Below are positions 6,431 through 12,537 of a DNA stretch of 12,537 bases, one piece after another. The notes under the pieces were generated by a model. The model was not told the origin of the DNA. It saw only the letters and a program-made list of their open reading frames with translations, and ran no database searches. Each line of letters opens with the position of its first letter. Within the stretch, counting starts at the first letter, position 1. The stretch is from assembly GCA_022560555.1 (NCBI GenBank), contig JADFSZ010000032.1, positions 1 to 12,537 on the forward strand, written 5' to 3'. The translations under genes and the position numbers were made by a program. The stretch is from PVC group bacterium (lineage in GTDB: Bacteria; GCA-001730085; JADFSZ01).

Positions 6431-6439
6431 CGGCATAAT
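6411..6439 (+). promoter_or_regulatory. Possible promoter for the glmU-like/prs/ctc/pth genes, overlapping the terminator's descending arm
   Basis: TTGATG (6411-6416), N17, CATAAT (6434-6439). This would give a ~58-nt 5' UTR to the TTG start at 6504. This is a pattern match only. Confidence 0.3.
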
Positions 6440-6503
6440 CGGCTATATAAACAAAACTTTCTAAAGAATAAAGACAGCCAATAGTAAGGGTCGATACGAA
6501 ATC

Positions 6504-7259
6504 TTGAAATCACCCGCTCCAAGACCCATTATTTTAATTTTAGCAGCCGGAAAAGGAAAACGGATGAAGTCCCGTATTCCGAAAGTGTTGCATGAAATAT
6601 TTGGTGTTTCCATGCTCGAGCATGTTGTGAACACCTCAAAAAAAATACATCCACGGGATATTATTATTGTCGTGGGATACAAGGCGCGGCTTGTCAAATC
6701 CCGCATGGGTCCCCTGTTCCAATACGTTGAGCAAAAAAAACAATTAGGAACGGGGCATGCTGTGTTTCAGGCGGAGAAAAAACTAAAACAAAAGAAAGGG
6801 TCCGTGCTCATTCTCTCCGGAGATGTCCCTTTTATAACAGCCGGAACCCTCAGGCGCTTCATGGCGACTCACAACAGGCAAAATGCCGATGGATCGGTTT
6901 TGACAGCCCTCTTGAAGAAGCCGAAACACTATGGGCGTATTGTGAGAAACAAAAGAGGGGAGCTCAAACATATTGTTGAATTTAAAGACGCGGCACGGCC
7001 GGAACGAAATATAAAAGAAATTAACACGGGAATATATTGTTTCAAAATTCAAAAATTGTTTTCGGCGCTGAAATCAGTGAAACCTCACAATCAACAAGGC
7101 GAATATTACCTTACGGATGTTGTAAAGATTTTTATCAAAGACGGTCATAAAATGTTGGCCGTAAGATCAAAATGCTCCAAAGAAATTGAAGGCATCAACA
7201 CAAGAGAAGAACTTAAAAAACTCGAGAAGCAAAAATCTCAAAATCGAATAAAGGAGTGA
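6504..7259 (+). CDS. glmU: GlmU-like N-acetylglucosamine-1-phosphate uridylyltransferase (NTP-transferase domain only; the left-handed beta-helix acetyltransferase domain is absent)
   Basis: 251 aa. The sequence includes ILILAAGKGKRMKSRIPKVLHEI, QLGTGHAV, LILSGDVPFI, YGRIV, EINTGIYCF, GEYYLTDV and EIEGINTREEL. By eye it is collinear with residues ~1-245 of canonical ~456-aa GlmU. It stops in the linker helix and prs follows immediately. TTG at 6504 is the only start codon after the in-frame TAA at 6462-6464 that retains the G-rich loop. TAAGGG lies 13 nt upstream. Confidence 0.8.
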   Translation: MKSPAPRPIILILAAGKGKRMKSRIPKVLHEIFGVSMLEHVVNTSKKIHPRDIIIVVGYKARLVKSRMGPLFQYVEQKKQLGTGHAVFQAEKKLKQKKGSVLILSGDVPFITAGTLRRFMATHNRQNADGSVLTALLKKPKHYGRIVRNKRGELKHIVEFKDAARPERNIKEINTGIYCFKIQKLFSALKSVKPHNQQGEYYLTDVVKIFIKDGHKMLAVRSKCSKEIEGINTREELKKLEKQKSQNRIKE

Positions 7260-7264
7260 CCAAC

Positions 7265-8200
7265 GTGGAAGTTTTTACAGGGAATGCCAACAGGAATCTA
7301 GCGGAAAAGATTTGTGACTACCTTGATATTCAGCTGGGAAACATTGATGTGGGTCGTTTTAATGACGGGGAGTGCATGGTTAAAATCAACCAGGATGTTC
7401 GTGGAAAAGATATTTTTATCGTTCAGCCCACGTGCGCACCGGTCAATGATAATTTGATGGAGCTTTTGATCATGATTGACGCGTTTGTGCGGGCGAGCGC
7501 AGAGCGCATTACGGCTGTTATTCCTTATTTTGGTTATGCGAGGCAGGACAGAAAAGACCAGGGGCGTGTTCCCATTTCAGCGAAGCTGGTGGCTAATCTT
7601 TTGGTCAGTTCGGGTGTGGATCGTGTTTTAGCCATGGATTTGCATGCCGGGCAAATTCAGGGATTTTTTGATATCCCCGTGGATCACATTTATTCTAATC
7701 CTGTTTTTATCGGGTATTTTAAGAGCAAAGATTTTGATGGATTGGAAAATATGGTAGTTGTGTCCCCGGACGTGGGGGGGATTAAAATGGCGCGGGCTTT
7801 TGCGAAGAAACTGGAATGCGGCTTGGCGATTGTGGACAAACGTCGTGTGTCTTCAGACACGGCTCATGTGATGAATGTGATCGGTGATGTTAAAGGAAAA
7901 AATGTAATGATCGTAGATGACATTATCGCGACAGCCGGATCTGTCCAGGAAGCGGCCATCGCGCTGAAAGAACAGGGTGCCAAGAAGATTTTTGTCTCGG
8001 CAACACACCCTGTTTTGGCGCCTCCGGCCATTGAGCGGCTTGAAAATTCACCGATCGAAAAGATATTTCTATCTAATACTATCCCTGTTCCGTCGGATAA
8101 AATGTCATCCAAGATCCATATTTTAAGCGTGTCTCCCGTTTTAGGAGAGGCTATCCGTAGAATTCATAACAAACAATCAGTGAGTTCTTTGTTTATTTAG
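7265..8200 (+). CDS. prs: Ribose-phosphate pyrophosphokinase (PRPP synthetase)
   Basis: The sequence is MEVFTGNANRNLAEKI.., RFNDGE, PYFGYARQDRK, DLHAGQIQGFF, VVSPDVGG and the PRPP loop MIVDDIIATAGS. I prefer GTG 7265 because AAGGAG at 7250-7255 lies 9 nt upstream. The track's GTG 7256 abuts that SD with no spacing and is the alternative. Confidence 0.92.
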   Translation: MEVFTGNANRNLAEKICDYLDIQLGNIDVGRFNDGECMVKINQDVRGKDIFIVQPTCAPVNDNLMELLIMIDAFVRASAERITAVIPYFGYARQDRKDQGRVPISAKLVANLLVSSGVDRVLAMDLHAGQIQGFFDIPVDHIYSNPVFIGYFKSKDFDGLENMVVVSPDVGGIKMARAFAKKLECGLAIVDKRRVSSDTAHVMNVIGDVKGKNVMIVDDIIATAGSVQEAAIALKEQGAKKIFVSATHPVLAPPAIERLENSPIEKIFLSNTIPVPSDKMSSKIHILSVSPVLGEAIRRIHNKQSVSSLFI

Positions 8201-8253
8201 AAATTCGATCACAGCATTATTTTTCGGTATTAACCTATGGAGGAGTTAAATCA

Positions 8254-8928
8254 ATGGATCAATTAGTACTTATAGCTAAGCTTAGAAAAGAGTTAGGATC
8301 TTCGGCATCACGACGCCTGAGAAGAGAAAAGATTATCCCTGCTGTTCTCTATGGTCAAGATAAAGAGACGCACAATCTCAAAATTGCATTTGATGAGTTT
8401 GACAAAATCAGAAAAGCCCGCAAAAGTGAGCATGCTGTCATTGATTTAAACGTAGTGGATTTGAATAAAAAAATTCATGTGATTATCAAAAAGGTCGAGC
8501 ACGACCATATCAAAGGGGATCCAATACATATCGATTTCCTATCCATTGCCATGAATAAGGAGATACTGACAAAAGTCGCTATAGAATCCACCGGGGAGGC
8601 AGCGGGTGTGGCTGAAGGCGGTATTTTGGATCACCCTCTGTGGGAATTGGAAATCAAGTGTTTCCCCAAAGATATTCCGGATAAAATTGAAGTGGATGTG
8701 TCCGGGCTGAATATTGGAGATACGATTACCGTAGCCGACTTAAAATTACCCCAAAATGTAGAGGTGACTACGGATTCGGAGCACATTGTCTTTTCTGTCA
8801 TTGAGCACAAAGAAGAAGTGGAAGAAGTGAAAATCGAGGGAGAAGAAGAAGCGGCCGAACCTGAAGTCATTACGGCCAAAAAGGAAGAACCGGGAGAAGA
8901 AAAAGCTGAAGACGGGGAGAAAAAATAA
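8254..8928 (+). CDS. rplY: 50S ribosomal protein L25, long Ctc (general stress protein) form
   Basis: 224 aa. The N-terminus has the typical Ctc/L25 pattern: R...GSSASRRLRREKIIPAVLYG.., HAVIDL.., KKVEHDHIKGDPIHIDF. There is a second beta domain and an acidic E/K-rich tail. A GGAGGAG SD lies at 8239-8245. It sits in the conserved prs-ctc-pth neighbourhood. Confidence 0.9.
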   Translation: MDQLVLIAKLRKELGSSASRRLRREKIIPAVLYGQDKETHNLKIAFDEFDKIRKARKSEHAVIDLNVVDLNKKIHVIIKKVEHDHIKGDPIHIDFLSIAMNKEILTKVAIESTGEAAGVAEGGILDHPLWELEIKCFPKDIPDKIEVDVSGLNIGDTITVADLKLPQNVEVTTDSEHIVFSVIEHKEEVEEVKIEGEEEAAEPEVITAKKEEPGEEKAEDGEKK

Positions 8929-8931
8929 GGC

Positions 8932-9555
8932 GTGACCTCTTTTTCAAGATTTTCAAGATTAATTGTAGGTCTGGGGAATCCGGGGAGTAAGTACCATTTG
9001 ACACGTCACAATGTTGGTTTTTTGATCGTGGATGCTTTGGCCTTTGATCTGGGCCTTTCCTTTAAGCCCTGCCCTCAAGTTCGGGATGTTGATTGGGCGT
9101 ATAGTGATCAAGATCAGCTTGTGATTGCGAAGCCAAAAACGTACATGAATCGAAGCGGGCACGCCGTCAAAGCGATGCTGGATGCATTCGAGATCCCTTT
9201 AGAAAATTTGATTGTTGTCTGTGATGACGTCTGCCTTTCTTCTGGCGTGTTGCGCTTAAGAGCCAGGGGAGGTGACGGAGGACACAATGGTCTGGGGTCT
9301 ATGATACAAGTTCTTGAGACACAGGAATTCTCTCGCTTGCGTTACGGTGTTGGTACCGAGAAACCTGTTAAAGGAGCCGATTTGGCGGATTTTGTTTTAG
9401 GAGAGATGACCCCGGTCGAACAAAATGTCATTCAGAAGTCGAAAAATCAAACAAATGCCATCTTAAAATCATTCATCCGGGATGGGTTTCAAAGTGCCTT
9501 GAATGACTATAGCCGAATGGAAAAACATGAAAAACAAAAGGAGATAAAAGAATGA
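8932..9555 (+). CDS. pth: Peptidyl-tRNA hydrolase
   Basis: The sequence includes LIVGLGNPGSKYHLTRHNVGF, KPKTYMNRSG, VVCDDVCLSSGVLRLRARGGDGGHNGL and RLRYGVG. The GTG start is 3 nt after the ctc stop. No in-frame ATG precedes the GLGNPG motif. Confidence 0.9.
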   Translation: MTSFSRFSRLIVGLGNPGSKYHLTRHNVGFLIVDALAFDLGLSFKPCPQVRDVDWAYSDQDQLVIAKPKTYMNRSGHAVKAMLDAFEIPLENLIVVCDDVCLSSGVLRLRARGGDGGHNGLGSMIQVLETQEFSRLRYGVGTEKPVKGADLADFVLGEMTPVEQNVIQKSKNQTNAILKSFIRDGFQSALNDYSRMEKHEKQKEIKE

Positions 9556-9854
9556 TGTACGAAGTGATGATACTTCTGGATCCGAAATTAACGGATTTAC
9601 AACGAAAAGAAGAAATGGACGGGATTGCTTCCGCGATTGAACAGCATCAGGGGAAAGTGCTTAAACTTGTTGATCAGGGACGTCGAAAATTGGCCTATCC
9701 TGTGAAAAAAAGTTATGAAGGATACAGCCTTTTGTATTATGTTGAAGGCCTTGGGGACATGGTGAAAAATTTGAGCCGGCTTTTTAAGATTAAAGAACAG
9801 ATTCTTCGATTTATGATTTCTCAATCCGAAGATGTCCTGGAAAAAACATCCTAA
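9552..9854 (+). CDS. rpsF: 30S ribosomal protein S6
   Basis: 100 aa. The sequence is MYEVMILLDP..., RKLAYPVKK...GYSLLYYVEG. The ATG overlaps the pth TGA stop (ATGA). It sits in the conserved rpsF-ssb-rpsR context. Confidence 0.92.
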   Translation: MMYEVMILLDPKLTDLQRKEEMDGIASAIEQHQGKVLKLVDQGRRKLAYPVKKSYEGYSLLYYVEGLGDMVKNLSRLFKIKEQILRFMISQSEDVLEKTS

Positions 9855-9880
9855 ACCCTAACTCTAAAAAGGGGAATGCC

Positions 9881-10309
9881 ATGGCGAGTTTAAACAAAGT
9901 TTTGCTTATGGGAAATTTGACGAGAGATCCTGATGTTCGGTATGTACCAAGCGGGACGGCTGTGGCCGAATTCAGCATGGCCATGAATCGTATATACACA
10001 AATCAGGCCAAAGAGCGTAAAGAAGAGGTCTGTTACGTGAAAATTGTTACGTGGGGTAAATTGGCAGAAAATTGCAGTAAGTATCTCACCAAAGGAAGCC
10101 CCGTATTTGTTGAAGGGCGGCTCCAGAGCCGGTCTTGGGAAACCAAAGACGGAGAAAAGCGCAATATCCTTGAGGTTGTGGCGGATCGTGTGCAGTTTTT
10201 ATCCTCCCGCCCAAAGACCGAAGGGGCCCAGAAAGAAACAGCTGATATGGTGTCATCAACGGATGCCGTGCCGGATGTGTCGTCCGATTTAGATGATGTT
10301 CCGTTTTAA
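9881..10309 (+). CDS. ssb: Single-stranded DNA-binding protein
   Basis: 142 aa. The OB-fold N-terminus is LNKVLLMGNLTRDPDVRYVPSGTAVAEFSMA..VTWGKLAE..YLTKGSPVFVEGRLQSRSWE. The C-terminus is disordered and ends in the acidic tip DLDDVPF. Confidence 0.93.
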   Translation: MASLNKVLLMGNLTRDPDVRYVPSGTAVAEFSMAMNRIYTNQAKERKEEVCYVKIVTWGKLAENCSKYLTKGSPVFVEGRLQSRSWETKDGEKRNILEVVADRVQFLSSRPKTEGAQKETADMVSSTDAVPDVSSDLDDVPF

Positions 10310-10356
10310 GAGGTAAAATTGATGAAAGCTAAAGTCAGAATAAGGAGCCGGTGTCT

Positions 10357-10626
10357 ATGAGAAAAAACACGAGAAATACGAAGGGATCCAAAGGGAAGGG
10401 CAAAGGGCTCTCGATCCTAAAATTTAAAAGGCGCAAATGCTACTGCTGTGTGAACAAGGTGGAGACCATTAATTACAAAGAAGTGGACCTCTTGAAGCGT
10501 TATGTTACGGATCGCGGAAAAATTATTCCCAGGAGAACAACGGGCGCGTGTGCTAAACATCAACGCCGCATTGTAAGCGCGATCAAAAAGGCAAGAAGCA
10601 TCGCCTTGTTACCTTTTGTCGCGTAA
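10357..10626 (+). CDS. rpsR: 30S ribosomal protein S18
   Basis: The sequence is ..[68 protein letters not shown] at 10343-10347 lies 9 nt before ATG 10357 but only 3 nt before the track's GTG 10351, so I prefer ATG 10357. Confidence 0.92.
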   Translation: MRKNTRNTKGSKGKGKGLSILKFKRRKCYCCVNKVETINYKEVDLLKRYVTDRGKIIPRRTTGACAKHQRRIVSAIKKARSIALLPFVA

Positions 10627-10650
10627 GGTGAAGAAAAAAGGAGGATTGAT

Positions 10651-11094
10651 ATGCGAGTGATTCTGCGAGATTCGACCAAAGGCTTGGGTGAAATCGGAGA
10701 TGTGATTCAGGTGAAGGTAGGATTTGCCCGAAATTATTTGTTCCCTCAAAAAAAAGCTCTTCCGGAAACGGAAGAAAATCTCAAGATCGTTGTTCGGCTA
10801 AAAGAACGAAAGAAAGTCAAAGAAGAATCGGTTCGTCAAGAAGCCCTCCTGCGGGCTAAAAAGATTGAAGAGTGTTCATTGACGATACTAGCTGAAGCGG
10901 GAGAAGATGAACGTCTTTTTGGCGCTGTGACTCGTGAGCACATTGCTGAGGCCATAAAAAAAGAAGGCGTTTCTGTTGATAAAAAGCACATTCAGCTGGA
11001 GGCCCCGATTAAAAAGCTGGGTATTTACGACATTGATATTAACGTTTTTGGCGATATTGACGCCAAAGTCAAAGTGTTTGTCATGAAAAAATGA
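10651..11094 (+). CDS. rplI: 50S ribosomal protein L9
   Basis: 147 aa. The sequence is MRVILRDSTKGLGEIGDVIQVKVGFARNYLFPQKKA.., followed by a long connecting helix and a C-terminal globular domain. An AAAGGAGG SD lies just upstream. Confidence 0.92.
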   Translation: MRVILRDSTKGLGEIGDVIQVKVGFARNYLFPQKKALPETEENLKIVVRLKERKKVKEESVRQEALLRAKKIEECSLTILAEAGEDERLFGAVTREHIAEAIKKEGVSVDKKHIQLEAPIKKLGIYDIDINVFGDIDAKVKVFVMKK

Positions 11095-12446
11095 CCGTGC
11101 AAAACACATTGTTAACAAAAGTCCCTCCGCAAAATATTGAAGCCGAAATGGCTGTCTTGGGTTCGATGCTTTTATCCAATGAGGCCATCATTAGGTCGAT
11201 TGAATTTCTCTCGGAAGATTCTTTTTACAAAACTTTACATGGACATATTTATCGAAATGTTGTTGAACTCTTTGACGCGGGTGAGCCCGTGGATATCGTG
11301 ACTCTGACTGAACGCTTGAAAAAGAAAGGGCAGCTTGAAGCGATCGGAGGAGCCAGCTATTTGACAAATATTATGGAGACCGTGCCGACGGCGGTGAATG
11401 TGGATACCTATATCAAAATTGTTCGGGAGAAAAAGATACTAAGGTCTTTGATCCATATCACAAATTCCATATCTCAACACGCGTATGACCAAGTGGATGA
11501 TATGGATAGTTTCTTAGACATTTCCGAACAGCAGATGTTTGATGTGTGTCAAGATCGAATTAGTCATGATGTTGTTTCATTGAAAGATATTGTCAAAAGC
11601 AGTTTTGAGACCATTGAAAGGCTTTATACAGGCCAAGAAACGATTACGGGGATTCCGTCCGGGTTTCATGATTTGGATATGATGACGTCAGGATTCCAGC
11701 CTTCGGAATTGATCGTTATTGCCGGGCGGCCGTCCATGGGGAAATCGGCTCTGGCCACGTGTATAGCGGAACACGTCGGGGTTGTAAAGGGCCTCCCCTT
11801 GGCGATCTTTAGTTTAGAAATGTCCAAAGAATCTCTTGTGCAGAGGATGCTTTGTTCTCAAGCCAAGGTCAATTTTCACTCTTTGAGAAACGGGTTTCTC
11901 GGAGAAGAGGACTGGGTTAAGCTGACCAATACGGCAGGCAAATTGTCCGAATCCCCGATTTATATTGATGACACTCCGAGCTTATCGGCTTTTGAACTTC
12001 GCGCAAAAGCCCGTCGTCTGAAACAAAGGTATGACATTAAACTCATTATTGTCGACTATCTTCAGTTAATGCATACGGCGGGTCGGGCGGAAAACCGGCA
12101 ACAGGAAATTTCTCAAATATCAATGGGTTTAAAATCTCTCGCACGGGAGCTTGATGTCGCTGTTTTGGCTTTATCGCAGCTCAGCCGGGCCGTCGAGTCA
12201 CGCACGGATCATCGGCCGATGCTATCGGATTTAAGAGAATCCGGCTCCATTGAACAAGATGCCGATGTGGTTCTCATGCTTGTCCGGGAGGAATACTATA
12301 ATCCAACGGAAGAAAACCGCGGAATTGCCGAGATCATTGTGGGCAAACAACGTAACGGCCCCACAGGCTCGTTTAAACTCGCATTTTTGCATAAATACAC
12401 GCGTTTTGAGTCCCTGTCAAACCGGGAAAGTTCACAACCCAAATAA
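11091..12446 (+). CDS. dnaB: Replicative DNA helicase (DnaB family)
   Basis: 451 aa. The N-terminus is PPQNIEAEMAVLGSMLL. Walker A is AGRPSMGKSA and Walker B is LIIVDYLQLM. SQLSRAVE, IEQDADVVLML and KQRNGPTG are also present. The ATG overlaps the rplI TGA stop (ATGA). The length leaves no room for an intein. Confidence 0.95.
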   Translation: MTVQNTLLTKVPPQNIEAEMAVLGSMLLSNEAIIRSIEFLSEDSFYKTLHGHIYRNVVELFDAGEPVDIVTLTERLKKKGQLEAIGGASYLTNIMETVPTAVNVDTYIKIVREKKILRSLIHITNSISQHAYDQVDDMDSFLDISEQQMFDVCQDRISHDVVSLKDIVKSSFETIERLYTGQETITGIPSGFHDLDMMTSGFQPSELIVIAGRPSMGKSALATCIAEHVGVVKGLPLAIFSLEMSKESLVQRMLCSQAKVNFHSLRNGFLGEEDWVKLTNTAGKLSESPIYIDDTPSLSAFELRAKARRLKQRYDIKLIIVDYLQLMHTAGRAENRQQEISQISMGLKSLARELDVAVLALSQLSRAVESRTDHRPMLSDLRESGSIEQDADVVLMLVREEYYNPTEENRGIAEIIVGKQRNGPTGSFKLAFLHKYTRFESLSNRESSQPK

Positions 12447-12537
12447 AACTCCATGTAGACCCTATGAAGAGTTAACGGCTTAAAAGGATTACACTTGCCA
12501 ATAAATATATTTTTTTTAGCATTTATGATATTATGCG

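Noticed and set aside
6461-6706. 81-aa minus-strand ORF spanning the glmU-like start
   Set aside because: It is antisense to the conserved GlmU G-rich loop region and has no motifs or SD.
12250-12483. 77-aa + ORF overlapping the dnaB 3' end, plus a possible TGaTATTAT extended -10 at 12525-12533
   Set aside because: The ORF is out of frame with the DnaB motifs. The promoter-like string lies at the very window edge with no visible downstream gene and no -35, so it is too weak to report as a feature.
1-12537. Window-wide search for mobile elements, CRISPR arrays, defence or toxin-antitoxin modules and sigma54 (TGGCAC-N5-TTGC) promoters
   Set aside because: There is no transposase, integrase or recombinase-like ORF, no terminal inverted repeats and no spaced repeat array. 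TGGCAC strings (about 1091 and 1846) lie inside ilvD without a TTGC partner. Every sizeable ORF is accounted for by a housekeeping family or the single hypothetical protein.

Overview
This window looks like ordinary bacterial core chromosome, moderately AT-rich by eye (not computed), and I could not assign a taxon. I found no transposase, integrase, phage gene, CRISPR array or recognisable defence gene.

It holds 17 protein genes. One is on the minus strand: a signal-peptide Cu/Zn superoxide dismutase that runs off the left edge and is absent from the supplied ORF track. The other 16 form a tight, co-directional plus-strand array: ilvD, an unknown secreted protein, gmhB, ndk, psd, pssA, a sensor-less histidine kinase, a GlmU-like uridylyltransferase lacking the acetyltransferase half, prs, rplY/ctc, pth, rpsF, ssb, rpsR, rplI and dnaB. 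Many junctions are 1-10 nt stop/start overlaps, which suggests translational coupling.

The part least explained by these genes is the 345-bp non-coding gap at 6159-6503. It carries a near-consensus sigma70 promoter with an extended -10, about 105 nt with no credible ORF, and then a long hairpin with a T7 intrinsic terminator just upstream of the glmU-like/prs/ctc/pth genes. This is either a candidate small RNA or a transcription-attenuation leader. The mundane reading is that the hairpin ends the kinase transcript and a promoter restarts transcription.

Lesser curiosities:
- clean loss of the GlmU C-terminal domain
- an orphan DHp+CA-only kinase preceded by a perfect 16-bp tandem repeat
- an uncharacterised secreted protein coupled to gmhB

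Everything about function beyond motif recognition is inference. No database search or folding calculation could be run.
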